Origin: Eledone cirrhosa | Lineage: Eukaryota | Direction of reading: 5' to 3' | NCBI GenBank assembly: GCA_964016885.1 | Contig: OZ024740.1 | Coordinates: 299,584,001-299,648,000, forward strand | Length of the DNA: 64,000 bases | Shown here: positions 28,248-40,879 of the stretch, piece by piece | Layout: each line of letters starts with the position of its first letter | How positions within the stretch are numbered: the stretch's first letter is position 1 | Program-made: the position numbers and the translations under genes | Notes under the pieces: model-generated | The model's input: the letters and a program-made list of their open reading frames with translations, nothing else | Databases searched by the model: none | What the model was told of the DNA's origin: nothing

Positions 28248-30544
28248 TATAACAATAACATTCTTAATACGATATTTTGCAATATAATTAACTATCGAGT
28301 GAAAATGATGCCCGCGGTAAATACACTATACATGATTTGTTGAAAATGCAATGGTTTGTTATTTACCAATATTCATAATCCAGTGACAAAACAACACAGG
28401 TTGATTAGGGAACTCTATTCCGGTACAGGAATGGCTTCGGAAGATTTACAGACAAAAGAGATTCGGTAATGAACAAGATAGCAATATTAGAGTGTTCTAC
28501 TCCTCGCAGCAGTAACATAGCAGCTAGACTGATATATAGGTCGAGTTGAGTGTTAGGTGTTTTGATGAGAGTTTTGGTACAGTAGCAATGGTTGACAGTA
28601 TAAATTTGAAACTGGCCATTGTATTAGATCCATTAAGCCCTTAGCAGCAGTTTGTTTTCTGATAAAAGGGCCACATATACTCACAATAAGGTTTAGAGTT
28701 ACATAACCATTAAAATTAGATATGTGAGTGATGTACTACATGCTCATAAACTGACATATCAACTTGATAGCAATATATGAGTGAGGAGGGATGTAGGCCG
28801 GGGCCCAAGAATCCCGGAAGGCCCCACTGTTACAAGGTCTTCTACAAACCAATCAGAGACCGGTAGATATTTGGACTGTTTGCCCTCTTTGGTCTGGCGG
28901 ACAACAGAATCTGGGCTGGTAGCAGAACGGACCTGGTTGCCACTAGAGGTGTCACAGTAGGTAACATTCCAGATGAGTGACCTACACCCACGGAACGGGA
29001 AGATTGACAAGCTGTCTGATATTTTGGCTTCCCCTCGGTCCCATTCCGCTAGCTCGAGCTGGAAAGGGAAGCCTGTTTTGTCCAGGCTATGCTTTATGAT
29101 CTGATCTGTTATTTAAACACAGACGAGCCCTGATTGACTAATCAAACCCATAGCAAGCGTTCTAATAGTAACCATCTCGTTTCATTTTCAGATGTGAAGA
29201 TGTATGTTTACAAAATTCCAATTGACTATTCTTTGGGGGAGTTTGAAACGCTATTTCTTACAGGTTGAGTGAGTAATATAGCCATTTTACTACTGTTCAA
29301 GTAACTTTGCTCTACATATCTTGGCTTAGTCTTTAGTGTTAAATGAGCAACTACTTGTAATGTCTTTGTGTCTTATCGAGAAAGAGAATTACCTCACATC
29401 ATAACGCTTTAGGAACCAGATATAAGAAACAATCGTCTAAGAATTGTTCTTTTAGTAGATATACTGTTTCTATAATGATAAAAATACTAATAGATATTAT
29501 GTTTCACTTCTATCTTTTTCTATTCAACAAACACGTCTCAATTGCTTCAAAGTCTCAAAATTTCCTAAGTTAGAACACTATCTTTAAAATGATTTATTCC
29601 AAGTATTTGCAAGTCATTTTGCATTATACGGATCAAAGGAAACATTCCGATAAGTAAGTATTACACCAGAGTAAAATGTCTTTCTAAATATGTTCGCTAA
29701 TATATATATATATATCAATGGCATAATTTGCTCTCGCTTTAATATTGTTCTCATTTTAAAAGATTATACTTATCCATAATATAACCGTTGTGCATTAAAG
29801 AATTCTTACTTAGGCATTAAATAGCACACATTTTATAAGGGGGAAATATGATGTGAGCATTACATCGTTTCTTTATTACTTTGTCAAGGACATTAGCAAA
29901 GTATAGGAAATGAAATTGTTTTGACTGGAAATAGTAACCAAGTCATGTAAGCTTAACATTTTTCATATTATAAAACAAAGTACCAGCTTATATGCAATAA
30001 GTGATGCGCTCGGTATTTTAGGGTAAGAGGAAAATGAGTGTATAACACCTTTGCCATTTGCAAAGCTATTATCTAAACAACTGAAGTGAAGTATTTTCAA
30101 CATAAAATTGATACCACAGAAATCTACGTTGCCCAGTAGCGTAAATTCTGTTCAATGGCATTTACAAAATTATGCCAGTGGAATGCCTCAATTTAGGTAA
30201 AGTCATGAATGGGATTTGATTCTTTTCTGTAGATGTTTAGCATTTCTTAGCATCTTCTTAATACTTTATTTTGAGTTCAAACCTCAGCTGATTCGTTTTA
30301 CTTTTGATATATTCAACCCAATATCGTGAGTAATTAGTACCAGTTATATTAGCTACAAATTTATAGATTTGTAACAACTAATAAAACAACATAATTTCTA
30401 ACACTATATAGTGGCAGAAATAGTACGGACCCAGATTTATATTTTTATGTAATTCATAAGGAATCCTTATAAATATATTGTATGACGTTTCTGGTAGGTG
30501 GGACTAATGTGAATAATACTTAGTTTGAAATCTACGCCAATCAC

Positions 30545-30780
30545 TGTTGCGTTGTGGTAACGATGTTGGATCTACGATCATAAAGTGTTGTGTTCTTGAA
30601 CAGAACATTTGATTTTATGTTACTCCAGTATATTCAGCTGAGAATGAGTAGCAGTAATTGCTCAGAGTTTAACTCTGTGATGGACTGGCACCTTGTCCAG
30701 GGAGAAGTCATGTACTCTCAGTCGCCTTACACCATGAAACCGAGATAAGCACCGGCCTGACGAGCCACGTGGCTTGAGAC
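30545..30780 (+). mobile_element. Old CORE-like tRNA SINE
   Basis: Degenerate tRNA-like head, CORE-like TGTGTTCTTGAACAGAACA, and a 3' part CTGTGATGGACTGGCACCTTGTCCAGGG...GAAACCGAGATAAGCACCGG of the kind seen in aquatic-animal SINEs. Confidence 0.55.
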
Positions 30781-32386
30781 TTTTAGCTATAAAAGGGTAG
30801 GCGGTAAATTGGGAAAGTCGTTAGAACGTCGGATCTCTGCTTTCTGTGTTGAAATCCAGTGGAGGTCAACTTTATTTTTCATCCTTTCGAGGTTGATAAA
30901 GAAGTATCAATCTAGTACTGGGGTTGATTCTTCCTCTATATCTCTTTCTCACGTCCTCTCTCTCACTTTCTACCCTTCTCTGTAAGAAATCTGCTATGTT
31001 CAGACTTGGAAAGAAATAGGCTCCGCCAGGCTTTAAAAATTGTCTAAAAAACGTTGCATGCTACTATGGTGCTACTGTGTTTCCACTAGTAGTTACGGGC
31101 CCAAAACTATATAAAAGTTTACAGGTGAATGACATGAAGCGAGGAGGTAGGTATCATGAAGCTGTAGAGTTCAGAAGAGTAGGAAACGATGTAGTTGAGG
31201 TAGAAGAAAAGAGATGGATGTTTGCGCATCGGTAGACTACTAGTTGCAGTGTGTTAATGAGGGAAACGTTGCCAATCAAATGGTATAGCTGATTTTAAGT
31301 TGCAGATTCTATAATGTTTGTGTGTCTACTTATTGTATATTAAGATATATGATCTGTAGTGCAATGTTGTTCACAGATAACTTGCTGGGGTGCAATCTTG
31401 TTGTAGTTTCTGGAGCTGAAGAGGAATCCTAACCTTTTTAGTACAGTTTGCTTGATATTGACGGCATGTACTTGAAGTGAAAAGTCATGAGTGGTTGTAG
31501 AGAGTCTCAGTTTTTTACGTGAAATGTTTATGAGAAATTTAGGATTTCCTTTACATGCGTAGTGATTTTTACTTCATGCATAGCAGTAAAAACAGTAACT
31601 AATCTCCTCCTTTCAAATTTCGTGTTAAAATCTTGCTAGGTCGATAAAATCTGCATACTGTTCGATTAAAGCTTCTCCAAGAAATGTATGTATGTCCTGT
31701 GCCATATGAATAAAATCATTATAATTTGAAATAGTTTAAAAAAAAAAAAATGTAGTATGAGAAACACAAGAACAAATTGCTTGAATACTTTGCAGTATTT
31801 AATTTTGTATCTCAGTATACCACTAAGGTCGATTTAACTTTCATCTGGGTCGATAAACCAAAAAAAAGCAAACCAGGCATGTACTTGGGTCGATGCAATC
31901 GATTATTGTCTTCCCCAACAAATCTCAGATCTTATTCCAGTATGAGAAATCAATATTGTGTAATTGTTTGCGGTGAGGGTTAGATTGATAGTGGTGGTTG
32001 TAATATTAGCTAAAATTCCAAATGCCGTTGATTAAAGTATTGGTATTAGTAATTACAATATTTAGTGTTATTGTTTTTACAGTTAGTAGCAGGGGTGATA
32101 GTGTGAGAATATGTGACTGTAGCAATGTTTATTGTGGAATCAGTATGAGTTGCTGAAGACAGTATTATTGATTTATTCACTCTAGTCAGAAATCTACCAA
32201 TTTCTAGGAGAATGTTGTGATGTTTAGTCGATTATTTATATCGACCTTAGTATATTACAGATATGTAGTTTATAAGCCATAACAAGATTTTAACTTAGGG
32301 CAGATATTGTACCATAAAATAATTCGTGGCATCTTTCGAAATATACGAATAGAGATCTTATATAATTTTGGGGAACCATAAATAAT

Positions 32387-32611
32387 GGTTCCTTACATAG
32401 GCAAAGGCCAATCATTTTTTTTGGGGGGGGGGGGGGAGTCGATCACATCGATCCCAGTGAGTGACTGGTACTTTATTTTATCGACCCCGTAAGGATGAAA
32501 AGCAAAGTTAACCTCGGCAGGATTTGAGCTCAGATCATAATGGACCGTGACTCTATGCTGCAAAGCATGTTGTCCGACGCTCTACCGATACTGCCTATAC
32601 GATACCTTTGA
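32387..32611 (-). mobile_element. SINE family A copy with 15-bp TSD
   Basis: GGAACCATAAATAAT at 32372-32386 and at 32612-32626. Confidence 0.85.
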
Positions 32612-33249
32612 GGAACCATAAATAATATAAAGATAACATTTAATTCAAATACGTTTAAAATAACATGATATAAAGAAAGAGACAAAACGAAGGACAAGAT
32701 GGCGAAATCTTTGTCGAGAAAAAGAATCAGCGATAAATGCTACATCAGCAATTTTATATCGTGGGGGCACTTATCTCAGACATAATGACGCCGTGACATT
32801 CCAGATATAGGATTCACACGGTGGTCGAGGTCCTGAGGCTTCTGGTGTGACAGGAAACCGGCTGAGTTGAAGCTCCACGTAATGATGACATTAACAGCGA
32901 TGAACCGAGGAAAACGTTCGTTGCTTCAAGGGAATGGGTATAATCAAATCTTGTCTTTTAATTTATCGAAAAGCAAGGTCGGCCCTCGGTGGGATTTGAA
33001 CTTCAAACGTCAATGAAAATAACTAAATACAACGACTTTCTACGGACACTGCATCAAACCTTGATATTGATATGTAATATTGATGATATTTTCTGGAATT
33101 AGTATGGATCAGAAATGTCTATTTTCTATGGTGTTGGAGTTAATCGATCAAATAGGTTCCGAAATTTGGCTGGTAAATTTCTTTATTGAACACCGAAGGA
33201 AAAAAGAAAATCAACTTTGGCTGGATTCTACCGAGTAACGTCATAATAA

Positions 33250-34610
33250 TATTGGTTTCTAATTGTACCACAAAGCCGGCAAATTTGTAGGAAGTGCAAA
33301 GTTGATTAAATCAACCTCAGTACATGACTGGCACTTTAGTTCATCGACACCAGAAGGATGAAAGGAAAAGTTGACCTCGGCGGGATTTGAAATAAGGATG
33401 TAAAGAACCAGAAAAATACCGCAATTGCATTATATCCGATACAATGCAAGTTAGCGTCGTAATAATTGTTTCTACTTTTGGCACAAAGCCAGAAATTACC
33501 CCAATGCGTTATTGATACTTTATTTTATCGACACCGTAAGGATGAAAGGCAAAGTTAACCTCAGCTGGATTTGAACAAAGTACGTAAATGGCCATAACTC
33601 TATACTGTGAAGCATGATGTCTGACGCTCTACCGATACTGCCAATATTGCAGAGAACAATGTTTAAAGAAATTATTATTATTATTTAATATCGGAAGAGA
33701 ATCGGACGCCATGTTTTCCACCATAGAGTTACATCCCTTTACGGACTGAGTTCAAAACACGCCGAGGTTAACTTTGCCTCTCATCCTTACGGGGTCGATA
33801 AAATAAAGTACCAGTAATGTACTGTTAATTGCTGGCCTTGTGCCAAAAGTAGAAACATTATTATTATTATTAGTTACGTCCCTTTACGTTCTGATTTCAA
33901 ATCCCACTGAGGTTAGATTTGCCTTTGATCCTTGCTGGGTCGATAGAATAAAGCACCAAAAAATGCACTGACGTCAATCTAATCGACTTACCTCTACGCC
34001 AAAATTTCTGGCCTTGTGCCTAAATCAGAATCCATTATTAAAGCAGCATGGGTAGAGCGTCAGACACCATGTTTTGCAGCATAGATTAACCACCCTTTAC
34101 GTTCTGAGTTCAAATCCCGGTGAGGTTAGCTTTGCCTTTCATCCTTACGGGGTCGATAAAATACCAGTAACAAATTGGGTTCTATGTAATCGACTTGCCC
34201 CTATCCCTAAATTTATGGCCTTGTGCCAAACCATTACTATTATTATTAGTTATGTCTCTCAACGTTCTGATTTCAAATACCGCCGTGGTTAGCTTTGCCC
34301 TTCATCCTTACGGGTTCGATAAAATAAAGTACTAATAATGCACTGGGTTAAATTTCATAGATTTCTCCCTCCCCCAAAATTGTTGTTTGTGTGCCTAAAT
34401 CAGAATCCATTATTATTCGGTGGATTGGCAGTATCGGTAGAGGGTCGGACGTCATGCTTTGACGCATAGAATTACGGCCCTTTCCATTATGAGTTCAAAT
34501 CCCACCGAGGTCAACTTTGCCTTTCATCCTTACGGGGTCGATAAAATAAAGTACCAGTAATGTACTGGGTAATTGCTGGCCTTGTGCCAAAAGTAGAAAC
34601 AATTATTATT
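33250..34610. mobile_element. Bidirectional SINE family A array: 2 minus copies followed by 5 plus copies
   Basis: Minus units at ~33250-33440 and 33462-33645. Plus units at ~33700-33860, 33872-34040, 34050-34240, 34250-34412 and 34418-34610. Units are separated by (ATT)n. One more plus unit lies at 36190-36355. Confidence 0.85.
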
Positions 34611-34618
34611 AATTACGT

Positions 34619-36178
34619 AGCTAGGTGGCACTCTTAAGGAATATCAAGCGGCGATAGGAGCAAAGATAAACCAGGAAAAATCGGTGGGATTGATCGGCAC
34701 TTGAAGAGGCAACTCAACGCGGTCTGACAGCGTCATCGGGCGCGGGACAGATTGACCGGTTAAATTGCTCTGGCTCTGGTTTGTTCCGGACCACCAGGTG
34801 GGGAAAACCTGGAGCGAGGTGACGAGTTGTGTGGCTTCTCTCACCCAGTAATAAGTCGGGAGGAAGCTGTCCCTGAAAGGTCGAGCGGAGGTGGTAAATG
34901 CGTATATTGTATCCGTCATCTACCGTGTTACCGTTGTGCTTTGCTCCAGCTCAACTCTGACAAAAATGGAGCGCCACCTCTTTCGCCTGTTGTTTGAGGG
35001 ACGCGTTCCAATGGTCAGACAATCCATCTGCAGTCAGTACTCGTTATGTGGAGGACTGGGCATGTCATGGCTTGTGATGCGCAAACATGCACTGAAGCTA
35101 CGACATCTTCAGTGCCTCCTTGTCGGTGAATAAGTGTGCTCACCGTTCGCCAAACACGTTTTTACCCAGCTCTTCTCCACGATGGATCTGCAGAACTTGG
35201 TCGCGAAAAGACCGAGAGGCAGCGCTGGAACTGCAATGTCTTCAGGCGCTCACTGCCCTTTACCAACTGGGCGCTAGGATCGGTGGGACATTTTCTTTGG
35301 AGTTTTATAGAGAACTAGTGTGTGTGTGTGGAGGGGGGGAGGGGGCGACATTCTCAGGGAGACCCTGGGCGTCGAAGACAGTCAGCTGTTCGTTTTCTTC
35401 TGGAGAACTTTCAGCCCGTGACCTATGGACAATTTCCAGAAATCTCTGGATAAGCTCTACAAACATGGAAGTGCTGTCAGTCGTGCCTGTCTGAGGTGTG
35501 CGCATTGCGATGAAAACGTCGTGCCTGCACTCGTTCAGAGCCTGTGAATTGCTGACCTGTAGGGCTGTCAGCGTTGCTGTAGCGAGTTGGACGGCTCCGG
35601 CTATCAATTGAGTCCTTTGTGAAGATATCCCCACCGTTTTCATTTAATCAAGAAGAGCAGGCAGTTTTTATCAAGGGCCCATGTCGACGAAACAGGTTGT
35701 GTGGTGGACACGACTGGAAAGTTTGAAGACGGACACTTCCTCTTCGGTGAATCCTTAAGTAACTTTTTCAAGTTTCACTCAAGGAGGTAAATTAGGGTTG
35801 AGAGTCAAAGGCTGTTTTCTAGGACGTTTGTTAAAAAGTGGATGAAAGTGGCGAGTCTAGTCCGAATATATACACTCTGAGTATGCGCTTGTAGACTGAG
35901 AGATGGAAGGACTAAGAGAGGGCGCTTGTCCTAGTTGTCAGAGTAGCCGTGGTTTTTGTGAGCTTTTCACCAGGACTGACCTTTGGAGGTTTCCCCCTTA
36001 TTCAGGAATATTTTGTTGTTTAAGTTTTATTATTGTGCGTTGTTCTACATGATATTAGTTTTATTTTAATGTTGGATTTTTCTACACGTCCCAAACCCAC
36101 ATCGTACCATCCTGTACCGTCATGTGACGTCTCTAATGTTTTTCTTAATGTGAGCCCCTGTGGCTAATTAAAGAAAAC
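34619..36178 (+). mobile_element. 5'-truncated, degenerate Tx1/L1-clade LINE (ORF2 C-terminus + 3' UTR) with 17-bp TSD
   Basis: Frames give YQAAIGAKINQEKSVGL, TWSEVT, RKLSLKGRAEVVNAYIVSVIY, LFRLLF and GGLGM. TSD ATTATTATTAATTACGT (34602-34618) and ATTATTATTAGTTACGT (36179-36195). Confidence 0.85.
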
Positions 36179-36359
36179 ATTATTATTAGTTACGTCCTTA
36201 TACTTTCTGAGTTCAAATCCTGACGAAGTTAGGTTTGCCTTTCACCCTTACGGGGTCGATAAAATAAAGCACCAGTAATGCACTGGTGTCGATTTAATCG
36301 ACTTTCCCATCCCCTCTAAAATGCTGTCCTTGTGCTCATAGTATAGAAATCATTATTAT

Positions 36360-36429
36360 TAGTAGTAGTATTGCGGCAGCAGCAGTAATAATACTACTAC
36401 TAGAACTAGTAATAGTAGAAATAGTAATA

Positions 36430-36472
<43 letters not shown>

Positions 36473-37800
36473 TGTAGTAGTAGTAGTAGTAGTGATGGTA
36501 GTACCAGTTGAAAGCGAAGTGATATAGGTGGTGGTAGCAGTGGTGGTGAGAGTGGGAGTGGTTACAGTAGCGGTGGCCGTTGTAATAAGGAGTGTTGTGG
36601 TAGCAGGGACCTAATGAAGGTTATATCAGTTGTATTCAGTTGTTCTTGCGATGGGGGTAGTGGAGATAGTAATAGAGGTGGTAGTAGTAAAGATAGTGTA
36701 ATCATGGTGAGGATGGTGTTTGATTTTGGGCTTGTAAGGGGTATATTTGTGGGGGTTGTTTTAAGTATTAGTAATAGTAGCGGTGGCATTGTTGTTAGCT
36801 GTAGTGAATGTAATAATTGCACAGTAGTTAATATGTTGCATTAATGGTAGTAGAAATGACTCAAGTGTTGGTAATAGTTGTTGTTATTGTTGTTTAGCCG
36901 CAGGGTTAACTCTTATTGAACAAACTTAAGATCAAATATATTCCACGATCACCTTATATCACGTGTTATATTTTTAAAGACGGGTGGGTGAAGTTTGAGG
37001 GAAATTTAGCTGCTATTTCTTGCACGTCGAGTGACACCATAAAGGCTGTTTTACTGACAAGATGTTAGTAGGAGTGTTAAAAAGTGGTGCTGATGTTGGG
37101 AGTGGTTGGTGAAGCTGGAATCGATGGTAGTGGTGGATTGTTGAAGTTGGTTGTGGTAATGGTGGTATAATGGTTATGGTGATTGTGGTCGTGACTAGAA
37201 GTAGCGGTGATAGTGGCAGTGGCAAAGTTGTGGCAGGAATTATGGTTGTGGAAGTAGGGGGTAGTTTGTAGTGGAAGTAGCCTTCGCGGTTGTAATTAGT
37301 GGTCAAATGATTGCGGAAATATGTAGGGTAGAATAGAAATGCAATGTGGACAGTGTAATGAAAAGAAGGCGGGGTTTTGCAGTGGAAGTTTGAAATGGAA
37401 GATTGCAGTAAAAGATTGCAGCAGTAGGTTTTGACAACTGCATATATTAGCAGACTAGCTGATGACGTCATCGGTCTACGTCAGTATGGATCCTTGGCAG
37501 CGACGTTGATGGAGGACGCCGATATTTTGCACGTGACTTTCATTCTATATGTCTGTATGTCAGTCTGCCTGTTTGTATGCGTGTATATGTGCATGCGCAA
37601 ACACGCTTATCCGTGTGTTTATGTGCACCTATATGTGTTTGTTTCTGTATATAGAGGGAGAGAGTGATCTTTATTTTATCTACCTGCCTGCCTTAGTGTG
37701 TGTGTTGGGCTGTTGTGATTTTGTACACGTTATTTTGCCTGTATGTTAGTGGAGGAATGAAATGAGAGGTAGATAGATAGATAGATAGATAGATAGATAT

Positions 37801-37851
<51 letters not shown>

Positions 37852-37961
37852 GATTGATAGATAGGAGTTGTGATATAGACGCGTGAAGGAAGTAAAGAAG
37901 GGGCAAATGAGATAAGGAGGATATAGAATGATATATATATTTATATAAAGAGAGAGAGAAT

Positions 37962-38041
<80 letters not shown>

Positions 38042-38171
38042 CATAGAAGAATAAAGAGAATGAGAAAGAAGGGGGGAAGCGACAAAATGAAAAAGACGGG
38101 AATTTATTTCTAATGATGGGAATGGGAGTAGAAAGAGAGAAAAGTACGTGGTAATAGGAAGCGGGATACAG

Positions 38172-38229
<58 letters not shown>

Positions 38230-38588
38230 GAGTTGGGGAGGGAGAGAAACAGAGAGAGAGAATATGTAAGGAGATAGGGAGTAAGAGAAAAAGAATAGGT
38301 AGGGAGAGAGAGGGAGTGAGAGAGGCGGGGGGGGGGAGAATAAGTACGGAGAGACAGATGATGTGCTAGTAGTGGTACGCATGATGTAAACAGGAAGAAG
38401 AGGGAGAAAAGGAAGGAGAGGAAGGAGAGGAAGGGGAGGGTGAGAGAGGGAGAGAGAGGGAGAGAGGAGGGAACCTAAGTAAGGTGTGAGTGTGTATGTG
38501 TGTATGTGTGTATGTTCGTAATACAAATGTCTGTATATATAAGTATGTTTACCAATGTGTGTGTATATACAAGTATATTTGAGTGTCT

Positions 38589-38620
<32 letters not shown>

Positions 38621-38624
38621 GGGG

Positions 38625-38664
<40 letters not shown>

Positions 38665-38982
38665 ACAATGTAGTGAGAGGTTGAAAAACAGAGTAAAAGA
38701 CAGATAGTTAGATAGATAGAGAGATGAAGAAAGGAGTGGAAGAAATAAAGAAGAGAAACAAAGTGTGTGTATATACGTCTTGTGTGCGTGTGCGCGTGTG
38801 TGTGTGTTAAGATTTCGGGGAACCTCAGCTCTTATGTATAATCCTTTCAGCATCTGTATGTGTGCGCAAGCATGTATGTATGTATGTATGTATGTATGTA
38901 TGTATGTATGTATGTATGTATGTATGTATGTATGTATGTGTGTATATATGTATATGTGTATGAGTGAGTGTATTTTCATGTA

Positions 38983-39029
<47 letters not shown>

Positions 39030-39503
39030 TAATTTTTTTTATGGGCGTATGCATGTATTTTAATGTTGCATGTATGTATGTGTATATATATATATATGTA
39101 TGTATGTCTGTATGTATGCATGGCTGTATGTATGTATGGCTGTATGTATGTATGGCTGTATGTGTGTATGGCTGTATGCGTGTGTATCTATCTATGTATG
39201 TATGTATGTCTGTCTGTATGTATCTATGGCTGTATGTTTGTATGTATCTATGTATATATGGCTGTATGTTTGTATGTATCTCTGTATGTATGTATGTATG
39301 TATGTGTGTATGTATGTATGTATGGTTGCATGTATGGATGTGTTGTGTGCGTGAGAAATAATCATGGAAGAGGAAGGTAAATGAGAGGTAGAGGGAGATG
39401 CAGAGAGAGAGGGGGGGGGAGACACGGAATGAGAGAAAGCATCAGGTGCTATATACATGAACAGAAAAGCGAGTGAAATAGAAAGGTAGTGGCGGAGTGA
39501 TGA

Positions 39504-39534
<31 letters not shown>

Positions 39535-39549
39535 AGGGTCAGAGAGAGA

Positions 39550-39599
<50 letters not shown>

Positions 39600-39712
39600 A
39601 TGACTGAGAGAGGAGTGACGGAGTGAGAAAGTGGGAGAGAGGAGGAGTGACGTAGGAGGAGAGTGTGACGGAGAGAGGAGGTGAGTGACTGAGAGAGGCG
39701 GAGAGTGATAGA

Positions 39713-39775
<63 letters not shown>

Positions 39776-39780
39776 GGAGT
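36360..39780. repeat. Low-complexity and microsatellite block: (TAG)n, (GGT)n, (GATA)n, (GA)n, (TATG)n
   Basis: Directly visible; it explains the spurious long ORFs at 37013-39458. Confidence 0.92.
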
Positions 39781-40782
39781 GGTGTAGAGGGAAATTGTAA
39801 GAGAAACTGTGAGAACGGTCTGTAGTGAAGTAGAAATGCGGAATTGGAATTAGTAAGGAAAGAAAATTATATGCATATGAGTAACAATGTAATGAGTGTA
39901 GGATTTATAGAGTGTATGTGTGTTTGTATGTGTGTGTGTGTTTGTGTGTGTGTGTTTATATAAGGAGAATGTTATAGTGGATAGAGAAAGATGGTGAGTA
40001 AGACATACACATACAAGCGACAAGGAGAGAACGATAAAAAGACAAGACATATTTTGTGTGTGAGGTGGAAGGACTGGCGTAAAAATAACAGCTAGCAGAT
40101 GCGATTGAAGGTATGTCCGGCCTCCTTCTTCGTCTATGATCTTCTTAGGTTTAGAATCATCTGTAAAAATTCATATTTTGCTGTGTTTTCATTAATGTAA
40201 AATATCAAGAGTTGTGGATCTATCACAGTGGGCCTAACACAATGTCACACTGGGACACTTCAAATACTTTTGCTGAGTCTCATTGTACTCTTTCACTCTC
40301 ACCCTGCTGGATTTTCTTCACATGATACCACTAAATCCATCGTAGTAGTTTCTCACAAATTCCAATGCTGCATTATTACTTCAACAGGGTGCTGTGATGA
40401 CCCTATCAAGATATATATGTGTGTTCGAGCTCTCTCCCAAAGACTTAAGTATCTCATCATGGTTATGTTAATCAGTCTCTGAATTCCCGAAAATCACGCT
40501 GGCTGGATTTGAAGTACGTTATTTGTAATTGCACTACCCTTACGACAAACTCTATAATATGGTGGGTAAGTGAGATGGATCAGTAATTCACTGAAAGCCT
40601 CTTGTTTATTGCGCTGAGATATTGGTATAGGAAATGTTTTGACATACAGATTTGACATACAAACTGTTTGCAGTGATTTACTCTACACACCGAGAGAATA
40701 TACGTAAGTTGATGTCAACACTCCTTCAAGACACTAGCGGGCAATCCGCCCGGACCTTCAGCTGATTTGATTTAAATTATGT

Positions 40783-40879
40783 TCATGCCGCTCTGATATC
40801 CAGGTCATTAAATGTTAAGTCAGATAGGGCGGGTTGGTGGCTTCCTTCACTTGGACTGTCCAGATCTATATCAATATTA
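40783..40879 (-). CDS. Possible terminal coding exon of an unidentified host gene
   Basis: Acceptor CTGTTTTCAG, then 1 nt + NIDIDLDSPSEGSHQPALSDLTFNDLDIRAA*. Non-repetitive with higher GC; no homology recognised. Confidence 0.3.

Noticed and set aside
28400-29100. GC-richer unique segment, possible exon or LINE fragment
   Set aside because: Stops in all frames examined and no recognisable motif.
30756-30780. CTGACGA-GCCAC/GTGGC hammerhead-like motif
   Set aside because: It lacks GAAA and stems I and III, and lies in the tail of an old SINE.
33250-36355. Regularly repeated units suggestive of a CRISPR array or tRNA gene cluster
   Set aside because: The units are ~170-200-bp diverged SINE copies with A/B boxes but no cloverleaf, no unique spacers and no cas genes, in a eukaryotic context.
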